Assembly: GCA_027066695.1 (NCBI GenBank) | Contig: JAMONE010000223.1 | Coordinates: 1-24,815 of the forward strand | From: Micavibrio sp. | GTDB lineage: Bacteria > Pseudomonadota > Alphaproteobacteria > Micavibrionales > Micavibrionaceae | Reading direction: 5' to 3' | DNA: 24,815 nucleotides | In this document: in pieces, positions 1 through 9,214 of the stretch | Layout: every line of letters starts with the position of its first letter | How positions within the stretch are numbered: the first letter of the stretch is position 1 | The notes under the pieces: generated by a model | Seen by the model: the letters and a program-made list of their open reading frames with translations, nothing else | Told to the model about the DNA's origin: nothing | Databases searched by the model: none | Position numbers and translations under genes: made by a program

Positions 1-1
1 T

Positions 2-628
2 ACGGCATAAATAATCACCGAAAAGCTGCTCCAGCTCTTCCATAGTTTTATGGTCAAGCGCGATATTATTAAGCAGCGCAATAGACGGATTATAATGCGC
101 GATAGAGCCGTCACTCTCGTCCATTTCCGCAATGAATAAATCATCGCGGCCTTTTCGAATAGAGGAATTTAAATTGCGAATTTCTCCGCCATTAACAATA
201 GTAGGGTCTTGCCCCAGCTCAACTAGAATAGTGCCAATCATGCCTGTAACGGTTGATTTACCGCTAGTCCCCGCCACGGCAATTTTATGCTTGGATGCGT
301 TAAATAGTTGCGCCAAAAGCTGGCCACGTGTGATTATTGTGATGTCTTTTTCAAGGGCGACTTTCACATCAGGGATAGAGCTTTCAACTGCGCTAGATAC
401 AACTAACACATCAATATCACCAGTAATGCCCAAGCCATCTTGCGGAACTATACCAATACCCAAAGCCTGTAAATCGCTGAACTTTTCAAGCGTGCTATCT
501 TTATCATAAGAGCGATCCGATCCAATTATATTTGCTCCCGCTTCTTTTAGCAAAGCGGCGAGCGGCAACATACCGCTCCCCCCTATTCCACAGAAAAAAT
601 AGGCTTTTTCACTAGCTTTAAAAGCCAT
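2..628 (-). CDS. Mur ligase family protein (MurC/Mpl-like), 5' part only; runs off the window start
   Basis: Not in the ORF track; translated by hand from ATG at 628. It begins MAFKASEKAYFFCGIGGSGMLPLAALL (Rossmann-like GIGGxGM) and contains P-loop AVAGTSGKSTVTG, AEMDESDGSI and NNIALDH. The frame stays open to position 2. Confidence 0.88.
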   Translation of the reverse strand, partial: MAFKASEKAYFFCGIGGSGMLPLAALLKEAGANIIGSDRSYDKDSTLEKFSDLQALGIGIVPQDGLGITGDIDVLVVSSAVESSIPDVKVALEKDITIITRGQLLAQLFNASKHKIAVAGTSGKSTVTGMIGTILVELGQDPTIVNGGEIRNLNSSIRKGRDDLFIAEMDESDGSIAHYNPSIALLNNIALDHKTMEELEQLFGDYLCR

Positions 629-630
629 CA

Positions 631-1356
631 CTACTCACCAGCATAAAGAGGAATTGGTGCTTCATTAACTGGGATATCATCTGATGTTATGACTTCTTCG
701 GCTAGAATATCTTCAGTTGTCGGAATAGTCTGAACAACATCTTCAGAGCTGTCAGATAACTCTTCTAACACAGCTTGTAAAGCTGATTTTTCACCCACGG
801 ACTCGGTACTTTCCTCAATATAGTATTCAGAAACACTGCCAGCTCCGCGAAGTAATATAGGTTGCTCCTCTATGTGTTTATCAGAATTAAGTCTAGGTTC
901 AGATGCTTTAAATTCTTCCAAATCATAGGTTTCAGGCTGCCTGATATCGCTGTTATTATGGCGAGGCAACGCATTTGGCTTTAAAATTTCCTGCGAAAAA
1001 TCAATCGCAATTATAGATGGGTAATAATGCGAGGACTGGGAAGCAAAATCCCAAGCCATGCCCGCAGGCCCACCCCATAACGCACGCTTTGAAAGCTGCG
1101 CGGGCACAGACATTTCAACTCTTCGGTTACCTGGGGCGTTACAAATAATTTCCATGTCTTTGTAAGATTTTTTAATGTTTAAAGTTTGCGGAGGAAACAC
1201 CTGATATTTTAATTTATCAACATACGCAAAGCATTTAGCATCCTGCGCATCAGGCGTTAAAAACGTAATATCCTGATTAGATGATTCTACGGCGTAACCA
1301 CACGCGCCAAGAACCAAAACAGATGATAAAGATAATAAATATTTACTAAAAGCCAT
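631..1356 (-). CDS. Hypothetical lipoprotein with a small two-Cys N-terminal domain and an acidic low-complexity C-terminal tail
   Basis: 241-aa ORF with signal peptide and lipobox LGAC (Cys19). Its stop lies 2 nt before the Mur ligase ATG. The C-terminal third is E/D/S-rich. Confidence 0.8.
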   Translation of the reverse strand: MAFSKYLLSLSSVLVLGACGYAVESSNQDITFLTPDAQDAKCFAYVDKLKYQVFPPQTLNIKKSYKDMEIICNAPGNRRVEMSVPAQLSKRALWGGPAGMAWDFASQSSHYYPSIIAIDFSQEILKPNALPRHNNSDIRQPETYDLEEFKASEPRLNSDKHIEEQPILLRGAGSVSEYYIEESTESVGEKSALQAVLEELSDSSEDVVQTIPTTEDILAEEVITSDDIPVNEAPIPLYAGE

Positions 1357-1392
1357 AAAAAAAGAATCCTAACATAGTGATACACGCATCCA

Positions 1393-1421
1393 AGGATACA
1401 GAGCTTTACACCCTATGACAA
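1393..1421 (-). promoter_or_regulatory. Candidate sigma70-type promoter for the lipoprotein-Mur ligase pair
   Basis: Minus strand reads TTGTCA-N17-TATCCT, with TG just before the -10 box, about 36 nt upstream of the ATG at 1356. Confidence 0.5.
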
Positions 1422-1434
1422 TTACTCTTGTATA

Positions 1435-4041
1435 TTAAGCCACAGACTTTTTTTTATCCTTCATAGCTTTAACCGAAAAAACCAAAGCACCATCAACAAC
1501 GCTAACCGCTACGGTAGAATCGACACCAAGATCACCAGCCAGCAGCATCTCTGCGAGTTTATTTTGCAAATGCGTTTGAATTACCCGCTTTAACGGACGC
1601 GCGCCATAGACAGGATCATAGCCCTTATCCGCTATCCAGCTACTCGCGTCATCGCTTAGCTCTAAATTCACATGCTGCGCGGCGAGCAGATCATGCAAAT
1701 AGCTAAGCTGGATGTCAACAATGCCCTTAATCTTATCACGGCTTAAACGACTAAATAGCAGGGTTTCGTCAATGCGGTTCAAAAACTCGGGACGGAAAGT
1801 AGAACGCACAACGTTCATCACATCCTCGCGCACCGCGTCCACATCCTCACCATCTTTTTGATTAACCAGAAACTCACTACCCATGTTTGACGTCATGATA
1901 AGCAGCGTGTTGCTAAAATTAACCACGCGCCCCTGCCCGTCTGTTAATCGCCCATCATCAAGCACTTGCAGTAACACGTTAAACACATCTGGATGCGCCT
2001 TTTCGACTTCATCAAATAACACAACTTGATAAGGACGACGGCGGACACTCTCAGTTAACGCACCGCCCTCCTCATAGCCTACATAACCAGGAGGTGCGCC
2101 AATCATACGTGATACGGCGTGTTTTTCCATATATTCCGACATATCAAGGCGCACCATTGCACTTTCATCATCAAAGAGGAATTCAGCCAAAGCCTTAGTC
2201 AGCTCGGTCTTACCTACGCCAGTAGGCCCTAAAAACAAGAACGAGCCAATCGGACGATTAGGATCTTGCAAGCCCGCCCGCGAGCGACGAATAGCGTTAG
2301 ATACTGCTGTAATAGCTTCTTCTTGACCAACCACGCGCTGCCCAAGTTTCTTCTCCATAGAAAGCAGCTTATCGCGCTCACCCTCCATCATTTTATCAAC
2401 GGGAATACCTGTCCATTTACTAACGATATATGCGATATCATCGCTTGTGACTTCCTCGTTAATCAAATTTTTGGTATCATTAGCCGCAGCATCTTTAAGC
2501 TTAGCCTCTAATTCGGGAATAGCTCCATATTTAAGCTCACTCGCCTTTGCCCAATTGCCGTCACGCTCGGCTTGCTCAAGCTCAATGCGCGCGCGATCCA
2601 GCTTTTCAGTTTGCGCCTGCCCCGCGTTGAGTTTTTCTTTCTCCGCGCTCCATTGCCCCGTTAAATCCGCAGATTTGGACTCTAAGCCTTTAAGCTCTTT
2701 TTCAAGGTCTTTCAAACGCTCAACCGAGCCTTTATCCTTTTCCTTCTTAAGTGCCTCACGCTCAATTTTAAGCTGGACAATGCGGCGGTCTAGCTCGTCA
2801 ATTTTTTCGGGCTTGCTGTCCACTTGCATGCGCAAGCGCGATGAAGCCTCGTCAACCAAATCAATCGCTTTATCGGGCAAGAATCTATCGGTGATATAAC
2901 GGTTTGACAGTGTAGAAGCCGAGACAATCGCCGCGTCCGTAATACGCACACCATGGTGAAGCTCGTATTTCTCCTTCAAGCCACGCAAAATAGAGATAGT
3001 ATCCTCCACCGTTGGTTCAGACACAAAAACAGGCTGGAAACGCCGCGCTAGGGCAGCATCTTTTTCAATATGTTTGCGGTACTCATCCAGCGTTGTTGCG
3101 CCAACCATATGCAATTCTCCCCGCGCAAGTGCAGGTTTAAGCATGTTCGATGCGTCCATAGAGCCTTCAGATTTACCCGCGCCAACAAGAGTATGCATTT
3201 CATCAAGAAACAGCACGATTTCACCCGCTGCGGCGGCAATTTCATCAACAACCGCTTTAAGGCGTTCTTCAAACTCACCGCGATATTTCGCGCCTGCCAG
3301 CAACGCTCCAAGGTCAAGCGACATAAGTTTTTTATCCCGTAGAGTTTCTGGAACATCGCCATTAACAATGCGCTGCGCCAGTCCTTCTATAATTGCAGTT
3401 TTACCAACGCCCGGCTCACCAATTAAAACAGGGTTATTCTTTGTCCTGCGTGATAGCACCTGAATAGTGCGGCGGATCTCTTCATCACGCCCGATAATAG
3501 GATCAAGCTTACCATCTAGGGCATCTTTGGTCAGATCACGCGCATATTTATTAAGTGCATCAAATTGATCCTCTGCATTCGCACTGTCCGCGTTGCGCCC
3601 TTTGCGCATATCATTTATTGCGGCATTAAGCTTGGTATCCGTAAGGCCTGCATCTTCGAGATGTCCTGCAATATCCGCCCTTTTCGCCATTATCATCGCT
3701 TGCAAAATCCGCTCGGTAGTAACGAAACTGTCACCTGCTTTTTTGCTTATATCTTCGGCATTAGCGAATATTTTGGTTATATCAGTAGATAAACGAAGCT
3801 GCCCCGCGCCCGAGCCTTCAACAACTGGAAACTTGGAAATAGCTTTTTCAACACTGGATTTTAATTTTACGAAATCAGCATCGCAAACTCGTAGTAATTT
3901 TGAGACAAGCCCATCAGCATCATCCAGCATGACTTTAAGGAGGTGTTCAGGCTCTAACGATTGATGAGAGTGGCGCGTGGCTAAGGTTTGTGCCTCTTGT
4001 AAAAAGCCTTTTACTTTTTCGGTTAATTTATCAAAATCCAT
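1435..4041 (-). CDS. clpB: ATP-dependent chaperone ClpB
   Basis: 868 aa with Walker A GEPGVGKT and GPTGVGKT, Walker B LFLDE and LFDEVEK, the [12 protein letters not shown] pore loop, a coiled-coil M domain and GARPLKR. RBS AGGAGG upstream. Confidence 0.98.
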   Translation of the reverse strand: MDFDKLTEKVKGFLQEAQTLATRHSHQSLEPEHLLKVMLDDADGLVSKLLRVCDADFVKLKSSVEKAISKFPVVEGSGAGQLRLSTDITKIFANAEDISKKAGDSFVTTERILQAMIMAKRADIAGHLEDAGLTDTKLNAAINDMRKGRNADSANAEDQFDALNKYARDLTKDALDGKLDPIIGRDEEIRRTIQVLSRRTKNNPVLIGEPGVGKTAIIEGLAQRIVNGDVPETLRDKKLMSLDLGALLAGAKYRGEFEERLKAVVDEIAAAAGEIVLFLDEMHTLVGAGKSEGSMDASNMLKPALARGELHMVGATTLDEYRKHIEKDAALARRFQPVFVSEPTVEDTISILRGLKEKYELHHGVRITDAAIVSASTLSNRYITDRFLPDKAIDLVDEASSRLRMQVDSKPEKIDELDRRIVQLKIEREALKKEKDKGSVERLKDLEKELKGLESKSADLTGQWSAEKEKLNAGQAQTEKLDRARIELEQAERDGNWAKASELKYGAIPELEAKLKDAAANDTKNLINEEVTSDDIAYIVSKWTGIPVDKMMEGERDKLLSMEKKLGQRVVGQEEAITAVSNAIRRSRAGLQDPNRPIGSFLFLGPTGVGKTELTKALAEFLFDDESAMVRLDMSEYMEKHAVSRMIGAPPGYVGYEEGGALTESVRRRPYQVVLFDEVEKAHPDVFNVLLQVLDDGRLTDGQGRVVNFSNTLLIMTSNMGSEFLVNQKDGEDVDAVREDVMNVVRSTFRPEFLNRIDETLLFSRLSRDKIKGIVDIQLSYLHDLLAAQHVNLELSDDASSWIADKGYDPVYGARPLKRVIQTHLQNKLAEMLLAGDLGVDSTVAVSVVDGALVFSVKAMKDKKKSVA

Positions 4042-4100
4042 GATTAAATCCTCCTATAATGTAGAAGTGAATTCTATTCCTGCATCACGCTTTAATCAAG

Positions 4101-4126
4101 AAAAAAGGCGAACAAAATCTCGCCTT
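4101..4126 (-). terminator. Rho-independent terminator downstream of the DUF4167 gene
   Basis: Minus strand AAGGCGA-gattttgt-TCGCCTT stem whose 3' end runs into a T-tract (six T in total). Confidence 0.7.
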
Positions 4127-4136
4127 AATAATAACC

Positions 4137-4212
4137 TGTCATCACGAGCATAGCGCGGCGATCTATCGGGAAGAATAGATTGCCACGTCGATAAAATCTC
4201 CTCGCAATGACA
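4137..4212. repeat. REP-like palindromic doublet, TGTCA...TGACA family (copy 1)
   Basis: Ends TGTCATCACGAG / CTCGCAATGACA form an inverted repeat (10/12). An inner inverted repeat is CGCGGCGATCTAT / ATAGATTGCCACG. It resembles the widespread GTCATTGCGAG...CTCGCAATGAC elements. Confidence 0.8.
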
Positions 4213-4224
4213 AATATAAAAAAG

Positions 4225-4659
4225 TTATTCGACAGCTTCAGCTTCTTGCGTTTCCTTAACTTCTACAGAAGCTTTTGCTCCTATAATACTAGCTGGCAGA
4301 GCAAGATCGTTAACAGCATTGTCAACTTTATTGCCTTCATTCTCAGCCACAGGCTTAGAATTTTCTAACCCTTTAACTTTATTACCAGCCGCGTCATTAC
4401 CACTCATCTCATTGATAATACGAATATAATGTTCTGCATGTTGAAAGTAATTTTCTGCAATCATACGATCACCCATCGATGTAGCGTCCTTTGCCAAAGA
4501 CAGATATTTCTCTGCCACTTGATGCGCTGTTCCGCGGATACGAACGTCAGGACCATTGCTGTCATAGACTTGAGTGCGTGATTGCTGGTTATTATTACGG
4601 CGACCGCTATTATTATTGCGATTTCTGTTTCTTCTATTATTCGATGTTCCGTGTCTCAT
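4225..4659 (-). CDS. DUF4167 domain-containing protein
   Basis: Arg/Asn-rich N-terminus followed by YDSNGPDVRIRGTAHQVAEKYLSLAKDA...AENYFQHAEHY, typical of this alphaproteobacterial family, in its usual position between prmC and clpB. Start taken at MRHG (4659); 4671 is an alternative. Confidence 0.88.
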   Translation of the reverse strand: MRHGTSNNRRNRNRNNNSGRRNNNQQSRTQVYDSNGPDVRIRGTAHQVAEKYLSLAKDATSMGDRMIAENYFQHAEHYIRIINEMSGNDAAGNKVKGLENSKPVAENEGNKVDNAVNDLALPASIIGAKASVEVKETQEAEAVE

Positions 4660-4880
4660 ATCCAAGCCCATTAATATTTAAAAATTACACAATCAACACA
4701 CACAGCATACATGATTCAGGTAGACATAAAAAGCCCATTACGCCAAGTCATGCATAGTTAAACACAACATATTGTTACTGCCTCTTTGCTCTAACCGCAT
4801 ATTGTGATTGCGTTTGTGTTGAACAACTTCAAGGTACATCCAAGCAGCTTTTCCAATCAAGGTGTATCGATAAAAAAAGA

Positions 4881-5708
4881 TTATTTATCCCCACTAGAGA
4901 TATCCACAACCCGCGGATTTCCTGCCAGATCAAGGTGAACGCAGCGTTGCATAAATCGCGATTCTTCCGCGAGTCGCATTATATCTTTTTCCTGATCGTA
5001 ACCAATCTCGAAAAGTGCAATTCCACCATCATGTAATAAGTTTTTTAATTTGGGAAAAATAATTTTATATGGTTCTAAGCCATCCACCCCACCATCAAGA
5101 CTAAGAATCGGATCATGGTTGCGCACCTCTTTAGATAAAGTAGGTATGATTTGATTCGAAATATAAGGGGGATTCGATACAATTAAATCAAATTTCCCTG
5201 AAATAGCGTCCACCCAAGAGCCACAAATAAAGCTTGCACGATTGTTTACGTTATTCTTTGCTGCATTTAGCTGCGCCATTTTAACTGCGCCAAACGATAA
5301 ATCCACGCCATAACCTATAGATTCGCCGAACTCTGATAACAGAGAAATAAGAATACAGCCCGAGCCAGTGCCTAAATCTAAAATCCGCAAGGGCTTATCT
5401 TTAGGGAAGTGCTTTAACGCTAGCTCGATAATTAATTCCGTATCAGGGCGCGGATCGAGAGTATCTTCGGATATCTGAAATTCCAGCCCCCAGAACTCAC
5501 GCTGCCCATATATACGTGATAATGGTTTCCCTGCTATGCGCTGCTCTACATCACTCAATATATTAGAATATTGCGCATCACTAATAATAGCGTCAGGATT
5601 GATAATAATATCCGATAATTCGTAAGACGTGCGCTCTTCTATAATAAGACGAGCCTCGAAATCATCTTTCAAGGTTTGGGAAATTTCTTTATATATTTTA
5701 TTAAGCAT
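4881..5708 (-). CDS. prmC: Release factor glutamine methyltransferase PrmC (HemK)
   Basis: Motifs G.REFWG, TLDPRPDTE, LDLGTGSGCI and DLIVSNPPY; lies downstream of prfA. Confidence 0.96.
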   Translation of the reverse strand: MLNKIYKEISQTLKDDFEARLIIEERTSYELSDIIINPDAIISDAQYSNILSDVEQRIAGKPLSRIYGQREFWGLEFQISEDTLDPRPDTELIIELALKHFPKDKPLRILDLGTGSGCILISLLSEFGESIGYGVDLSFGAVKMAQLNAAKNNVNNRASFICGSWVDAISGKFDLIVSNPPYISNQIIPTLSKEVRNHDPILSLDGGVDGLEPYKIIFPKLKNLLHDGGIALFEIGYDQEKDIMRLAEESRFMQRCVHLDLAGNPRVVDISSGDK

Positions 5709-5725
5709 CCCCTCCCCCTAATTCG

Positions 5726-5778
5726 TAGCATCCCCGTGAAAACGGGGATCATGGATCTCCATTTTCATGGAGATGCTA
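5726..5778. repeat. REP-like doublet, TAGCATC family (copy 1)
   Basis: TAGCATCCCCGTGAAAACGGGGATC, then ATG, then an inverted copy whose reverse complement is TAGCATCTCCATGAAAATGGAGATC (21/25). Each arm has its own hairpin. Confidence 0.88.
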
Positions 5779-5810
5779 TCTTCTTGTGGTTTTAAGACAT
5801 GCCTAATCAC

Positions 5811-6878
5811 TTAAGCATCTAACTTTGCCAGCGCGTCCGCTTGATCTTCGGAGATAAGCGCGTCGATCACTTCATCCAAAGCCTCACCGCGCACAACATC
5901 ATCGAGTTTATAAAGCGTTAGGTTAATGCGGTGATCGGTTAAACGGCCTTGCGGAAAGTTATAGGTACGGATTCGCTCTGACCTATCGCCCGAACCTACT
6001 TGAGATTTGCGGTCTTCCGCGCGTTCATCGGCTAGCTGTTGACGTTGCAAATCATAAAGGCGCGTACGCAAAACCTTCATCGCTTTTTCTCTGTTCTTAT
6101 GTTGAGAGCGCGCCTCTTGCATTTCCACTGTAACGCCCGTTGGCAAATGGACTATGCGCACAGCGCTGTCTGTTGTGTTGACATGCTGCCCGCCCGCGCC
6201 TTGCGAGCGATAAGTATCAATGCGCAAATCACGCGCTACATCAATTTGTACGTCCACTTCCTCGGCTTCGGGCAATACAGCCACCGTTGCCGCCGAAGTA
6301 TGCACGCGCCCTTGTGTCTCTGTTTTTGGAACTCGTTGAACGCGGTGAACGCCAGATTCAAACTTCATTTTGGAAAACACATTTTTGCCCGTAATTTCAG
6401 CAACAATATCTTTGTAGCCGCCAACATCATTACTTGATGCCTCGACCACATCGAATTTCCATCCCATTTTAGAAGCATATCCGCGATACATACCAAGCAA
6501 ATCTGCGCAAAATAAACCAGCCTCATCACCGCCAGTTCCCGCGCGTATCTCTAATATAGCGTTTTTGGTGTCTGCTTCATCTTTAGGAATAAGCACAAGG
6601 CGTATTTGCTTTTCAAGCGCAGGGATACGGGCGTTAAGTGCGCGGATTTCTTCCTCGGCGATGTCTTTCATCTCGGGATCATCCAGCATTTCCGCCAAAT
6701 CTTCTTTCTCATGCAAAGCATTTTCCAGCTCGCCCCAAACCTCAACCACGGGGGTAAGCTCGGCATATTCCATGGAAAGCTTGGTAAACTCTTCACCGCT
6801 CAAGCCCCCCGCAGACATAAGAGAGGCAAGCTCCTCATGACGGGTTTTGATTGATAGTAATTTTTCTTTCATCGACAT
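5811..6878 (-). CDS. prfA: Peptide chain release factor 1
   Basis: GAGGQHVN (GGQ), RF1-type PxT motif ([13 protein letters not shown]), [13 protein letters not shown] and [15 protein letters not shown] at 6878 gives 355 aa and is preferred over the TTG at 6902. Confidence 0.97.
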   Translation of the reverse strand: MSMKEKLLSIKTRHEELASLMSAGGLSGEEFTKLSMEYAELTPVVEVWGELENALHEKEDLAEMLDDPEMKDIAEEEIRALNARIPALEKQIRLVLIPKDEADTKNAILEIRAGTGGDEAGLFCADLLGMYRGYASKMGWKFDVVEASSNDVGGYKDIVAEITGKNVFSKMKFESGVHRVQRVPKTETQGRVHTSAATVAVLPEAEEVDVQIDVARDLRIDTYRSQGAGGQHVNTTDSAVRIVHLPTGVTVEMQEARSQHKNREKAMKVLRTRLYDLQRQQLADERAEDRKSQVGSGDRSERIRTYNFPQGRLTDHRINLTLYKLDDVVRGEALDEVIDALISEDQADALAKLDA

Positions 6879-6907
6879 GATTTGTATCTCGTTTATAAAC
6901 AAAACAG

Positions 6908-6981
6908 TGTCATCCTGAGCCCTAAAGGATAAACGCCGCCGAGGGATACTAAGATCTCTCCACTACGTGTTCGAGATGACA
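6908..6981. repeat. REP-like palindromic element, TGTCA...TGACA family (copy 2)
   Basis: Terminal inverted repeat TGTCATC / GATGACA. The right arm AAGATCTCTCCACTACGTGTTCGAGATGACA nearly matches 24361-24392, and the flank AAACAGTGTCAT (6902-6913) is identical to 24138-24149. Confidence 0.82.
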
Positions 6982-7028
6982 ATATGCTATGATTAATTTA
7001 AATCACTATAAAACGCAAGGAGATAGAA

Positions 7029-7880
7029 TTATTGTACTTCTTCCTTAAACTCCAATGTTTTAAGATAAGCGGTGTTAAGCGGGATATCGCGGCGCACATC
7101 GCCATCTTTACCTAACGGCTTTAATGCTTGTCCGCCAATGATAATTTCAACATTCGCAGCATTACCAAGCGACATGCTCAATCCTGGGCTATCGGGGACA
7201 AAATACCGCTCGCCCTTTTCAAGGATGTTAGAGACAAGAATCTCACCCTTGGCATTTTTAATCTCAACCCAGCTATTGTCAATTATATTAAGCATAATTC
7301 CTGTACTTGATTGGACATCACCGCCCATATCTTCTACCCCTGATTTTTTTTCCATGGGAACAGCCAGAGAAGCACTATCTTCAATAATTAACGGAGTGGC
7401 TAATATTTCTCTATTAACATGCGCCTTAATCTCGTTTGGTACGGCTTCTATATATAATGTCTGTGGATCACTAATATTATCAATTTTGCTTAGAACAGCA
7501 AAAAACACTAGCGTGGCACAAATTGATGCTGTGATAATCCAATTAGAGGGGGTTTTTGCTTCTGAAGCTGGAACAGGAAACGACAATATCTCTTTTGATT
7601 TACCATCCATATATTGCGCCTTGAATAGCCGCACCGCCGTTGCGCCATCAAGCCCAAGATATTCAGCATAGCTACGAACAAAGCCAAGCGCATAAACCTT
7701 ACCAGGCAATTCGCTCATATCGCCTTGTTCAATAGCATTAATTTGACACGCGCGAATGCAAAGCGCCAGCTCAACATCTTCCAATGTTTGCCCATAGCAA
7801 AGCCGAATTTGGCGAAGGGCTTCGCCTACCTCCATGTTTGCCATGGCTTCCAGTTCTTCAATTGGCAGTTGATTTGTCAT
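7029..7880 (-). CDS. rodZ: RodZ-family protein (N-terminal HTH, single TM, C-terminal DUF4115-type domain)
   Basis: HTH segment ending LPGKVYALGFVRSYAEYLGLD, a hydrophobic TM (WIITASICATLVFFAVL) and periplasmic motifs SWVEIK and GNAANVEI. Confidence 0.88.
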   Translation of the reverse strand: MTNQLPIEELEAMANMEVGEALRQIRLCYGQTLEDVELALCIRACQINAIEQGDMSELPGKVYALGFVRSYAEYLGLDGATAVRLFKAQYMDGKSKEILSFPVPASEAKTPSNWIITASICATLVFFAVLSKIDNISDPQTLYIEAVPNEIKAHVNREILATPLIIEDSASLAVPMEKKSGVEDMGGDVQSSTGIMLNIIDNSWVEIKNAKGEILVSNILEKGERYFVPDSPGLSMSLGNAANVEIIIGGQALKPLGKDGDVRRDIPLNTAYLKTLEFKEEVQ

Positions 7881-7892
7881 GATACGCGCAGC

Positions 7893-9134
7893 TTACGCTA
7901 TTTTATCCGTATCATCCAGCCCATAAGCAGCATGGAGTGAGCGAACAGCAAGCTCTGTATAATCCTCTTCTATTAAGATGCTTATTTTAATTTCAGAAGT
8001 AGATATAACTTGAATATTGATATTCTTCTCAGCCAATGTTCTAAACATTGTATTAGCCACGCCAGCATGGCTTTTCATACCAATACCAACAACTGAGACC
8101 TTAGATACATTATCATTTACGGTAATTTTATCATATGTAAGATCGACATCTTTTTCCAAGGTTTTTACCGCCAAAGCACTTTCCGCGCGAGGCACTGTGA
8201 ATGTCATATCGGTTAAGCCATCAGCCGAGATATTTTGAATAATCATATCAACATTAACCGCCGCTTTTGCCAAAGGCTCAAACAACCGCGCAGCAATGCC
8301 AGGAACATCACGAACACCTAAAACCGTTATTTTACTTTCATCACTGCTATGCGCAATGCCACTTACTAATTCTGCTTCCACAATAGATCCTTCCGTTGTT
8401 ACCAATGTTCCTTTTCTATCGCTGCCAATTTCATCATCAAAACTAGACAGAACCTGAATAGGCACTCCATTTTTTGCGCCCATCTCAACCGAGCGCGTTT
8501 GCAATACTTTACTTCCCAAAGAAGCCAGCTCCAGCATTTCCTCATAAGCGATTTTATTAATTTTACGCGCCGCAGGAACTATGCGCGGGTCAGCAGTATA
8601 AACACCTGATACATCCGTATAAATATCGCAGCGATCCGCTCCAAGTGCCGCTGCCATTGCCACAGCAGAAGTATCAGAGCCACCGCGCCCCAGAGTAGCA
8701 ACCCTGCCTAATCCTGTCACGCCTTGAAAGCCTGGAATAACTGCGACCTCGCCGTCATCAAGACGTTTTTGAAGCTCATTAGTGTCAATATTTTCAATTC
8801 GTGCTTTACCATGCACATTATCGGTTACAATGGGAATTTGCCAACCGAGCCATGAGCGAGCAACCACGCCGTGTTTTTGCAACGCCATGGCCATTAAGCC
8901 TGCGGTTACCTGTTCCCCGCTTGAAACAACCGTGTCATACTCACGTAAATCATGCATAGGGCTTATCTGTGCGCAATATTCTACAAGCTTATTTGTAACG
9001 CCCGACATCGCAGAAACAACAACAACAACTTTATTCCCTGCTTCTACTTCACGCACAACCTTAGATGCTGCATTTTCAATGCGCTGAATATCAGCAACCG
9101 ACGTGCCACCAAATTTTGCTATTATTAAAGCCAT
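7893..9134 (-). CDS. lysC: Aspartate kinase
   Basis: KFGGTSV, LGRGGSDTSA, TDVSGVYTADPR and two C-terminal ACT domains; 413 aa. Confidence 0.97.
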   Translation of the reverse strand: MALIIAKFGGTSVADIQRIENAASKVVREVEAGNKVVVVVSAMSGVTNKLVEYCAQISPMHDLREYDTVVSSGEQVTAGLMAMALQKHGVVARSWLGWQIPIVTDNVHGKARIENIDTNELQKRLDDGEVAVIPGFQGVTGLGRVATLGRGGSDTSAVAMAAALGADRCDIYTDVSGVYTADPRIVPAARKINKIAYEEMLELASLGSKVLQTRSVEMGAKNGVPIQVLSSFDDEIGSDRKGTLVTTEGSIVEAELVSGIAHSSDESKITVLGVRDVPGIAARLFEPLAKAAVNVDMIIQNISADGLTDMTFTVPRAESALAVKTLEKDVDLTYDKITVNDNVSKVSVVGIGMKSHAGVANTMFRTLAEKNINIQVISTSEIKISILIEEDYTELAVRSLHAAYGLDDTDKIA

Positions 9135-9214
9135 TTAAAACGTTTCTACACTCTTGTTTTTGTAATAATCATTAGACATACTAACCTTAGCACAAAAAAT
9201 CAAAGGGATTCATC

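Noticed and set aside
2266-3964. Several plus-strand ORFs (75-150 aa) and one alternate-frame ORF inside clpB
   Set aside because: Shadow ORFs of a conserved gene, with no motifs or RBS. The same applies to those within prfA, rodZ, lysC, rseP, dxr, pyrH and the RND genes.
4042-4100. Heat-shock control element upstream of clpB
   Set aside because: A CTTGAT is present on the minus strand but there is no matching RpoH -10 (CCCATNT/CCTATNT) at a suitable spacing and no CIRCE. The TAGAA-N5-TTCTA inverted repeat is too short to call.
4560-4659. AAT/ATT-rich low-complexity tract
   Set aside because: It encodes the Asn/Arg-rich N-terminus normal for DUF4167 proteins and is not a separate repeat element.
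6879-6902. N-terminal extensions given by the ORF track for prfA (also dxr, pyrH and the 61-aa ORF)
   Set aside because: They use upstream TTG or out-of-context starts, or run through promoter-like DNA. The downstream ATGs give family-typical lengths.
9135-9214. Overlapping divergent promoters for lysC and ubiG
   Set aside because: Only weak hexamers (TTGTTT-N17-CATACT; TTGATT-N17-TATGTC) in AT-rich DNA, which is not enough to report.
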